Below, one piece after another: positions 1-6,589 of a stretch of DNA of 10,871 nt. The stretch lies in NCBI GenBank assembly GCA_051747585.1, contig JBNJGH010000107.1, forward strand, positions 1-10,871. The letters are read 5' to 3'. The notes beneath the pieces are model-generated. The model was not told the origin of the DNA and ran no database searches. It saw nothing but the letters and a program-made list of their open reading frames with translations. Source of the DNA: Candidatus Rifleibacteriota bacterium. GTDB lineage: Bacteria > Muiribacteriota > Ozemobacteria > Ozemobacterales > Ozemobacteraceae. Both the position numbers and the translations under genes were made by a program. Position 1 is the stretch's first letter; each line of letters starts with the position of its first letter.

Positions 1-488
1 GGGCCCATGTTAATTTTTATCGGAATGGCTTCGAGGGCAGGTTGTCCTTCTCCCATAGCAAAACCACGCTCGCCCGACAACCAGACTTTGGGTTTGCATA
101 GGTCGGCAACGTAATCAAGCTGTTCAGCCCGTGCGAAAGAATCCAGGAAAATACACTTGGCTCCCAGCATCTGAAATGCGAACATTCCAGCGTAGAGCCA
201 GGGAATCATAGGAACATATACAAGTGCGAGATCGCCCTTTTCAACACCGAGTTTTTTGTAGCCGGCAGCAACATGAACAACCATGTCGTAGATATCTTTA
301 TAGGTAAAAGGATCATGCTTCAGCTTTCGAGCAAACGGATTATAGTCGAAAAATATCTTATTCTTCGTGTTGACCCACTTCATGCAAAGTCTGTCAGGAT
401 GCTTATCGACGTGATCCTGAAGAAAACAGAAACAATTGTTACGCAAACTTTCTTTACCGATATCATAACCAATTTTTGGTAGTGCCAT
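1..488 (-). CDS. AMP-dependent synthetase/ligase (ANL superfamily), N-terminal 162 aa, possibly OleC-like; runs off the left edge
   Basis: Not in the ORF track; translated by hand from ATG 488-486: MALPKIGYDIGKESLRNNCFCFLQDHVDKHPDRLCMKW...FTYKDIYDMVVHVAAGYKKLGVEKGDLALVYVPMIPWLYAGMFAFQMLGAKCIFLDSFARAEQLDYVADLCKPKVWLSG... The frame is open to the edge. TYxD...AAGY..LGVEKGD..LVYVPM...LGA..IFLD is the typical ANL N-terminal pattern. SD AAGGAG at 507-502. Confidence 0.88.
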   Translation of the reverse strand, partial: MALPKIGYDIGKESLRNNCFCFLQDHVDKHPDRLCMKWVNTKNKIFFDYNPFARKLKHDPFTYKDIYDMVVHVAAGYKKLGVEKGDLALVYVPMIPWLYAGMFAFQMLGAKCIFLDSFARAEQLDYVADLCKPKVWLSGERGFAMGEGQPALEAIPIKINMG

Positions 489-671
489 TATTTATTATAG
501 ACTCCTTAGCCGGTCGATGATGTTCTTGTTCACCCGACCGAGTTCTTCGGTGTGGTTCCCTGGCAGGGCATGCACCCGTATTCGATCCCCACGACTGTCT
601 TTGGTTCGAGACATTTTCACAGAGCAGCTCCATTTCGCCTGCAAGCCACCACTGGTAGTAACTTGGTTTAC
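489..671 (-). ncRNA. candidate structured 5' leader / cis-regulatory RNA, family unknown
   Basis: About 55% GC over 511-660 by hand count. Hairpins at 642-665 (10 bp with 3 G-U pairs, forms only on the - strand), 596-613 and 510-541, the last next to the SD. Confidence 0.4.
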
Positions 672-677
672 AAAGGA

Positions 678-706
678 AAGATACCACCCTTCTTCTTTTC
701 GTGCAA
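678..706 (-). promoter_or_regulatory. sigma70-type promoter for the AMP-ligase gene
   Basis: On the - strand: TTGCAC (706-701), 17-nt spacer, TATCTT (683-678), with an extended -10 (TGgTATCTT). An A-tract lies upstream (720-714). Predicted TSS near 671. Confidence 0.65.
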
Positions 707-764
707 GACAACCTTTTTTTTAATAATGAGTTATTGCCAGCTATACCTGTTACCAAAAAAGACC

Positions 765-792
765 TTGAAATAATGTTAAAAAAGCTTAAATT
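765..792 (+). promoter_or_regulatory. possible sigma70-type promoter for the lapA leader
   Basis: TTGAAA (765-770), 16 nt, TAAATT (787-792). The context is AT-rich, so a chance match is possible. Confidence 0.3.
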
Positions 793-840
793 TGGGATAA
801 GAAAATAATAACGAGTGGATCCCTTGCGGGTAAATAGGAA

Positions 841-880
841 TTGGGCTACATCTGCAGCCTAACAATAAGATGTAATCCAA
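841..880. repeat. imperfect inverted repeat / hairpin
   Basis: TTGGGCTACATCT (841-853) versus AGATGTAATCCAA (868-880): 11 Watson-Crick pairs, 1 G-U and 1 mismatch. Confidence 0.6.
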
Positions 881-906
881 ATAACCGAGGCGTTCATTAA
901 AAAACC

Positions 907-1005
907 TACCCTGGCTTTCATTGTAAGAGTTTATCGGCCCGGCAAGTCACTTCACCTTGAGGGAACTACTACGTCGACAAATTTAGATTGAAAGCCAAAA
1001 AGGTA
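907..1005. repeat. long imperfect rod-like inverted repeat
   Basis: Perfect TGGCTTTCA (912-920) / TGAAAGCCA (989-997). Nested GTTTATCGGC (929-938) / GTCGACAAAT (973-982), apical TTCaCC-TTGA-GGGAA (951-965), and outer TACC/GGTA. Confidence 0.55.
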
Positions 1006-1043
1006 TTTGGAACAAAATTAAATCAACAGGGAGTTGAGAGAAT

Positions 1044-1250
1044 ATGAAAACAATCAAGATAGTGCTGCTTGTGATTCTAGTCGGCGCTCTAGTGGCAGTT
1101 GTGCTCCAGAATCAAGTAACCTGGGAAGTTAATTTTCTCTGGCTGACAGGAGAATTGCCAGGGTTCGTCTTACTTTTTCTGACCGCTGCAGCCGGCTTCA
1201 TTTCCGGAATTATAGCCACTCTTATGATCAAGCGTGAAGCAAACGCATAA
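1044..1250 (+). CDS. LapA family (DUF1049) small membrane protein, lipopolysaccharide assembly protein A-like
   Basis: 68 aa with two hydrophobic segments joined by the family-typical LQN...V.FL.....P motif, followed by G...G. SD AGGGAG at 1028-1033. Adjacent to LPS genes. Confidence 0.82.
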   Translation: MKTIKIVLLVILVGALVAVVLQNQVTWEVNFLWLTGELPGFVLLFLTAAAGFISGIIATLMIKREANA

Positions 1251-1312
1251 AATTAAATTAAAAAGTTTCATAAAGTTGGGTAAGATATCTGCGATAATTG
1301 TTTTTGTGTCTC

Positions 1313-1341
1313 CGGTGCGCCAGGTTTAATCTGACGCACCG
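1313..1341. repeat. GC-rich palindromic hairpin (REP-like or atypical terminator)
   Basis: CGGTGCGCCAG-GTTTAAT-CTGACGCACCG. On the - strand it gives an 11-bp stem with one G-U. No U-tract directly follows on either strand. Confidence 0.6.
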
Positions 1342-1400
1342 CTTCCGATTGCGATACCGAAATATTTTTCTGCGGCTTATGTTTTTGCGATTTTGCCCTG

Positions 1401-1446
1401 CAATTGCTTTAACAGGATTTACAAGCAATTGATAACATGGTATACC
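1401..1446 (+). promoter_or_regulatory. possible kdsC-lpt operon promoter with an overlapping 9-bp inverted repeat
   Basis: TTTACA (1418-1423), 17 nt, TATACC (1441-1446) preceded by TGG. CAATTGCTT (1401-1409) / AAGCAATTG (1423-1431) straddles the -35. Confidence 0.35.
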
Positions 1447-1514
1447 TGTTACTCATTCATAGAGAGATAAACAGCGATTTAACAACAAAGAAAAATGAAA
1501 GGTCATGCCCGACA

Positions 1515-2066
1515 ATGAAACCTGACAAAAAAACACCAAAAGCTTTTAAGCAGGCCTGCCAACAGATTGAACTGCTACTTTTCGATTGCGACGGAGTGCT
1601 TACTGACGGAAGAATAATTCTCGGCAGCAATGGTTTTGAAGCAAAATGCTTCTCAACTACTGACGGAATGGCTCTCAAGATGTGGAAAAGCGCCGGATTC
1701 AAAGCCGGAGCCATAACCGGCCGATCCTCTGACGCTTTAATAAAAAGAGCAGAAGAACTTAAATTCGACGAGCTTCATCAGGGCATTGCCAAAAAGGGCA
1801 GAACTCTGGAAAAAATCCTCACAGAAAGACAGCTTAAAGCCGAACAAGTTGCCTACATAGGCGACGACGTTAATGACCTGCCGGTAGGCACCCGGGTTGG
1901 CCTGTTCTTCGTTCCGGCAAACCATCATCCATCTATAAGACCCTATGCGGATTTCGTTCTCAATTCATCAGGCGGGCATGGTGTAATAAGAGAAACTGTC
2001 GACATTCTGCTCGAGCATAAAAATATGATGGAAAAACTGATTGCCGGATTTTTAGATGACAAATGA
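1515..2066 (+). CDS. kdsC: 3-deoxy-D-manno-octulosonate 8-phosphate phosphatase (HAD family)
   Basis: Motifs FDCDGVLTDG, ITGR, K, YIGDDVND and GGHGVIRE. Start moved from 1437 to ATG 1515 (GAAAGG upstream, normal KdsC length). LPS gene context. Confidence 0.9.
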   Translation: MKPDKKTPKAFKQACQQIELLLFDCDGVLTDGRIILGSNGFEAKCFSTTDGMALKMWKSAGFKAGAITGRSSDALIKRAEELKFDELHQGIAKKGRTLEKILTERQLKAEQVAYIGDDVNDLPVGTRVGLFFVPANHHPSIRPYADFVLNSSGGHGVIRETVDILLEHKNMMEKLIAGFLDDK

Positions 2067-2947
2067 CTCTGAAAGATCGTTTCAAAAAATTTAAAAGAAC
2101 CATAAGATATTATTTTCTTGTCTGGCTGATCAATAATATCATAAAGCTGCCTGCCCGTAAGTTGCCCAAGCTGCAGCGTCTGCTTTTAAAGGTTTTTCCC
2201 CTGATCTTCAAAAAAGAGATAAAAAAAGCCGAAAGACTTCTGCCCGAAGAATTCTCTGAAAATAAAAACAAAATTCTACAGGGAATGATAAAAAATCAGG
2301 TTACAACCATACTGGAAGTATTCTTTTATGATAAACTCAAAGAGCTTAATCCTGATTTTGTAAAAATTAAGGGCAAAGAATATCTTGAACGGGCAAAAAA
2401 ACAGTATGGCAGCTTTATTATACTTACAGCCCATTTTGGCAACTGGGAAATAATAGGTTATGAGCTTACCTCACTGGGGTATCCACTGCATGTGGTAGCC
2501 AGACCCCAGGCTGTTAACCAGATGACACAACTTATAAACAGCTTTCGAGAAAAGCGCGGAGAAAAAGTAATCAAGGGTAATAACATAATTGAATCTTTAA
2601 AATTGATTAAAAAGAAAAGGGTGGTTGGCCTGTTGTCTGATCTCAATGCACGCGAATGGGGCTACCAGGTTAAGTTCTTTTCGCGAACCGCCTCTTTTTA
2701 TAATGCTCCGGTAATTCTAGCCCAAAGAGGTAAGGTTCCGCTTATTCCAGCTTTCGCCTACAGAGAGCCCGACGGCTCACATATAGTCGAATTTGAAGAG
2801 CCGGTTGATTTCAAAAAAAGTATGACCATGCCAGAAAAAGTTCGCGCCTACGTGGAACGATACGAAAATGCATTTCGACGACAACCCGAGCAATGGTGCT
2901 GGTTTCATGAGCGCTACCAGCATGCCGACCTGGGGAGAAGCTCATGA
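2063..2947 (+). CDS. lipid A late acyltransferase, LpxL/HtrB family
   Basis: Catalytic TAHFGNWE, plus GLLSD, VKFF and PEQWCWFHERY (P.QW.W.H.R). ATGA overlap with kdsC. Confidence 0.88.
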   Translation: MTLKDRFKKFKRTIRYYFLVWLINNIIKLPARKLPKLQRLLLKVFPLIFKKEIKKAERLLPEEFSENKNKILQGMIKNQVTTILEVFFYDKLKELNPDFVKIKGKEYLERAKKQYGSFIILTAHFGNWEIIGYELTSLGYPLHVVARPQAVNQMTQLINSFREKRGEKVIKGNNIIESLKLIKKKRVVGLLSDLNAREWGYQVKFFSRTASFYNAPVILAQRGKVPLIPAFAYREPDGSHIVEFEEPVDFKKSMTMPEKVRAYVERYENAFRRQPEQWCWFHERYQHADLGRSS

Positions 2948-3660
2948 AAAATATGCTGACCAGTTTCTGGCTATGGGGTTTTCTTCTTGTTGCCTTTGTT
3001 AGCTTTATTCTATGGGACGATTCCCTCCAGAAAAAAATTGCAAAAAGCTATTTAAAGCATAGAATGAACCTTACCAATGTTAACTTCAGCCAGGTAGACA
3101 ACGGTTTTGAACAGGCAAAAATTTTTGCAGAAACTGTGAATATGGATGAAAATCAAAACAATATGAACGCTTCAACCGTAAAAGCTTATTTCTTTAAAAA
3201 AGAAAATGCTTCTTTTACCGGAACTCTGCTTTCAGAAAAAGCCCTTAAAAACCCGTTTGAAATCAAATTCTGGGGCAACATTAGAGCCTGGACAACCGAC
3301 GAAGACAAGCTCAAAACCGAAGAGTTGCGCTATTATTTCAGCCGCAAGGAACTTTACACGCAAAAACCGGTTAAAATCTGGAAAGACAATGCAGTAATTA
3401 CCGGCGTCGGTCTAAGATATAAGACCGAAAGCAAAGAAGCCCACATAAATCAGAATGTTAAAATTCGAATATGGAACGATAATGCCTCTAAAAGCAAAGA
3501 CATTGCAGAATCAAATATTGAAACAAAAATGCCCGAGGCACCTTCGGCTGACGAACTTTTAAAGATATCGCAAATAAAAAACAACAGCAGCGAAAGCGAA
3601 AAAATCGGTAGCATTTCAGAAAATTTAAATACTCAGGAAAAAATCAATGAAAAACAATAA
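2944..3660 (+). CDS. lptC: LPS export periplasmic protein LptC
   Basis: Single N-terminal TM helix, then beta-jellyroll patterns (LKTEELRY...LYTQKPVKI...ITGVGLRY...INQNVK). Lies directly before lptA-lptB. Low-complexity C-terminal tail. Confidence 0.8.
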   Translation: MKNMLTSFWLWGFLLVAFVSFILWDDSLQKKIAKSYLKHRMNLTNVNFSQVDNGFEQAKIFAETVNMDENQNNMNASTVKAYFFKKENASFTGTLLSEKALKNPFEIKFWGNIRAWTTDEDKLKTEELRYYFSRKELYTQKPVKIWKDNAVITGVGLRYKTESKEAHINQNVKIRIWNDNASKSKDIAESNIETKMPEAPSADELLKISQIKNNSSESEKIGSISENLNTQEKINEKQ

Positions 3661-4681
3661 AAGATTCAACTTGATTTTATTATTGGCAATTTTTTGTATA
3701 ACAATCGCTTCAGTTCATGCCCAGACATCTATAACAGCTGGCGACATGGAAATCACAAGTAATCTCATGACATTTCATAATAATGTATATGTTGCCAGAG
3801 GTGGTTTGAAGGCTGTTCAAAAAGATTCAGTACTTACTGCAGACCGGGGAATTTACGATCGTGACCTGGAAATTGTAAAGGCTATAGACAATGTCAAAGT
3901 GGTTCAACCCGGTTCGGTGCTGACCTCAGATTACCTTGAAGCCTATGTTGAAGAAGACCGTATTCTTGCCCGGGGAAACCCCCGCCTGGTAAGAATAGTA
4001 GAAAGAGAAGGTACCGACGAATACGGCGACCCGACTATCAAAAAAACCAGAGTAATTCTTACCTGCAATGAAGTTGAAGGTTTTAACCAGGAAGATCGTT
4101 TTCTGGCAAAGGGTGATGTTCATGTTATAGAAGTACCCTACCGTGAAGGCGAAACTGAAGAAGAAGCTAAAGAAAACGAAAAGAACCCCGTTTCGGATAT
4201 AAAGTGCGAAACCCTCGAACTCTTTTCAAAAGAAGACAAGGCTATTGCAAGAAACAACGTAGAAATCGTAACCGAAACTCTTCGTGCTACTGGCGACAAA
4301 ACCATTTACCTCAACCGCGAAAACCGCATGATTATTGTCGGTCACGCACATGCTTATCAAACCACGACCGATCAAAAGTCTCAATCTGAGCAAGTATCCG
4401 AACTTTACGCCAACAAAATTATATATTATCCCGAAGAAGATCGAACAATAGCAGTCGGTGATGTGCACGCAACCGTATACCCATCGAGTGGCGGATCCAA
4501 AAAAGATGACGATGACGACAAGAAAAAACGCAGGAAGAAGAAAAAGAAAAAATCTAAAAAGGATGAAGTCAGTGATGAGCCTTCAACTACGATAGAAGAA
4601 GTTCCCGAAGGACTACCAGCCGGAGAATATACGGAAATTCCCGCCGAAGGTTCGGCAATTGAAGCAACCGCAGAAGATTAA
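3647..4681 (+). CDS. lptA: LptA/OstA-family periplasmic LPS transport protein, extended, with a charged C-terminal tail
   Basis: Sec signal peptide (..SVHA/Q). Repeated OstA-type units such as TADRGIYDRDLEIVKAIDNVKV and YANKIIYYPEEDRTIAVGDVHA. Lies between lptC and lptB. Confidence 0.8.
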   Translation: MKNNKRFNLILLLAIFCITIASVHAQTSITAGDMEITSNLMTFHNNVYVARGGLKAVQKDSVLTADRGIYDRDLEIVKAIDNVKVVQPGSVLTSDYLEAYVEEDRILARGNPRLVRIVEREGTDEYGDPTIKKTRVILTCNEVEGFNQEDRFLAKGDVHVIEVPYREGETEEEAKENEKNPVSDIKCETLELFSKEDKAIARNNVEIVTETLRATGDKTIYLNRENRMIIVGHAHAYQTTTDQKSQSEQVSELYANKIIYYPEEDRTIAVGDVHATVYPSSGGSKKDDDDDKKKRRKKKKKKSKKDEVSDEPSTTIEEVPEGLPAGEYTEIPAEGSAIEATAED

Positions 4682-4694
4682 ACAGGATTTTAAA

Positions 4695-5489
4695 ATGAAT
4701 GATACAAAAGAACAAACCGGCGAAGAAAAAATTGAAAACGAAATACTCGATGAAATTACGGTTCAATCGGTTTGTAAAAGCTATAAAAAGCGAACCGTGG
4801 TTGATCATGTGTCGCTAAATATTAAAAAAGGCGAAATAGTAGGTCTTTTAGGCCCCAATGGTGCCGGAAAAACAACGACCTTTTATATGGTTGTGGGGCT
4901 TGTAAAACCGGATGAAGGTGTAGTTAAGTTTAACCATCATAAAATAACCCATAAAGCTATGTATCAACGAGCTCGAATGGGTGTAGGTTACCTTCCTCAG
5001 GAAGCAAGTGTTTTTCGCAAGCTTTCGGTTCGCGACAATATCTGGCTGATACTCGAAGGCCTGGATATTCCTGAAGACGAAAAACATGAAAGGCTCGACC
5101 GACTTTTAAACGATCTTGACATTGGCAGAATTTCAGACAGCAAAGGGTTTTCTCTCTCAGGCGGCGAGCGACGCAGAGTCGAAATCGCCCGCGCCCTTGC
5201 AGCAGAGCCCAGTTTTATTTTACTCGACGAACCTTTTGCCGGAGTTGATCCAATTGCGGTCCAAGACATACAATCAATTGTTTTAACCCTGCAAAAAAAA
5301 GGACTGGGACTGTTGATTACCGATCACAATGTTCGTGAAACCCTTGCCATAGTGGACAGAGCATATATAATGAACCTTGGCAAGATTCTGGTTTCTGGCA
5401 CGGCCCAGGAAGTAGCCGAAAGCGAAACGGCCCGAAAGTTCTATCTTGGCGAACGCTTCAGACTCGAACAGATTGAGAAACTAAGTTAA
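4695..5489 (+). CDS. lptB: LPS export ABC transporter ATP-binding protein
   Basis: GPNGAGKTTTFYM, YLPQEASVFRKL, LSGGERRRVEIARAL, LLDEPFAGVDPIAV, ITDHNVRETL and FYLGERF are LptB-specific. ATG 4695 with ACAGGA upstream is preferred over TTG 4659. Confidence 0.96.
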   Translation: MNDTKEQTGEEKIENEILDEITVQSVCKSYKKRTVVDHVSLNIKKGEIVGLLGPNGAGKTTTFYMVVGLVKPDEGVVKFNHHKITHKAMYQRARMGVGYLPQEASVFRKLSVRDNIWLILEGLDIPEDEKHERLDRLLNDLDIGRISDSKGFSLSGGERRRVEIARALAAEPSFILLDEPFAGVDPIAVQDIQSIVLTLQKKGLGLLITDHNVRETLAIVDRAYIMNLGKILVSGTAQEVAESETARKFYLGERFRLEQIEKLS

Positions 5490-6589
5490 TGAGCTATGTA
5501 ATTGTTTTAATGGTGGTAAGTGGCATTATTGCCTACATAGGCGACATGCTCGGCACCTATGTAGGCAAACGGCGCCTTACGGTTTTCGGACTCAGACCCA
5601 GGTCTACAGCTCTGGTTGTAGCAATCTCGACCGGTATTTTAATTACGGTATTTACCCTTTCGGTAGCTTCGATTCTTTCAGAAGACGTAAAAATAGCTCT
5701 TTTTTCGGTTGAGCAGTTAAAAAAAGAGAAACAAGACCTGGAAACAGAAACCGGTGTTTTACAAAAAGAAAAAATTGCTCTCGAAAGCGAGATACAAAAG
5801 CTGGCCAATGATATAGAAAGGCTGCAGACAGTCGTTCGAATAAAAGAAACCGAAAGTGTGGTATTTCGCAAAGACGAACCCCTGGCCGCCACTGTTATAG
5901 AATCTCAAACCCCTGAAAAAGAAGTCATGAAAGAGCTGACAGATCTTATTATCAATCTTTCAGACAGAGCAAGATCAGGAGGGGTTGTAGTTCAAGACGA
6001 AATAGACTTTTTTACCGAAAATCGCAAGCAACTGGCGCGCATGGCCGGCTACATAGCCAGTTCAACTCAAGACCTGGTGGTAGGCGCAGTAGCCGCAGAA
6101 AATGTAAATGCGGGTGAAACCCTGGGTGATGTCAGATTTTTAATTTTGCCAAACAATCTTATATTTAGAAAAAATCAGGAAATTGCCTCAATAGAGATCG
6201 ATGGTAGATTGAACCGCAGCCTTATTGCCCGGACCCTTAAAGGCTTTATGGATGAAATAAATCTCGAAGTAACCAAATTGGGTATGATTGCCAACCCACT
6301 AACTAAAAGGTTTGGTGACCTTTCTTCAGAATCGATGATTTCTTTTTACGACATGGTCAATCGCATTAAAAGCCTTAACCGCCCTATAATTTTAATTGCG
6401 GTAGTTCCCGAAGACACTTATGCAATTGGCCCGTTAAATGTTACCTTCAGATTTGAAGAAACCGGAGAAAATCTTTATACAACAGATATAGAATCTGCCA
6501 ATGCAAGTGAGCCGGTTGGCTCAGCACCAGTTGCAACTGAGCCTATGGTTAGCGGAAGTATAAGCACAGAAACCAGGGAAATCGAATGA
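5489..6589 (+). CDS. DUF3084 domain-containing membrane-anchored coiled-coil protein
   Basis: N-terminal signature GIIAYIGD.LG..VGKRRLTVFGLRPR.TA......TG, two TM helices, then a heptad coiled coil. TAATG overlap with lptB. Confidence 0.85.
   Translation: MSYVIVLMVVSGIIAYIGDMLGTYVGKRRLTVFGLRPRSTALVVAISTGILITVFTLSVASILSEDVKIALFSVEQLKKEKQDLETETGVLQKEKIALESEIQKLANDIERLQTVVRIKETESVVFRKDEPLAATVIESQTPEKEVMKELTDLIINLSDRARSGGVVVQDEIDFFTENRKQLARMAGYIASSTQDLVVGAVAAENVNAGETLGDVRFLILPNNLIFRKNQEIASIEIDGRLNRSLIARTLKGFMDEINLEVTKLGMIANPLTKRFGDLSSESMISFYDMVNRIKSLNRPIILIAVVPEDTYAIGPLNVTFRFEETGENLYTTDIESANASEPVGSAPVATEPMVSGSISTETREIE

Noticed and set aside
543..553. ACACCGAAGAA on the - strand, resembling part of the glycine riboswitch core
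   Set aside because: The required upstream GGAGA and downstream UCAGG elements are missing.
273..773. ORF-track entries 273-482(+), 463-756(-), 517-723(+) and 552-773(+)
   Set aside because: No recognisable motifs. They are antisense to the ligase or span its promoter and leader, so likely spurious.
489..1043. Retron ncRNA, CRISPR array or IS end in the hairpin-rich intergenic region
   Set aside because: No reverse transcriptase, cas or transposase gene in the window, and no regularly spaced direct repeats.
1437..1514. Longer kdsC start at ATG 1437
   Set aside because: Adds 26 non-family residues, has no SD and overlaps the putative -10.
1515..2066. KDN-9-phosphate phosphatase alternative, suggested by FSTTDG
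   Set aside because: ITGR (Arg rather than Glu) and the lipid A/Lpt context favour KdsC.
4659..4694. TTG start for lptB
   Set aside because: Overlaps the end of lptA; ATG 4695 has an SD-like ACAGGA.
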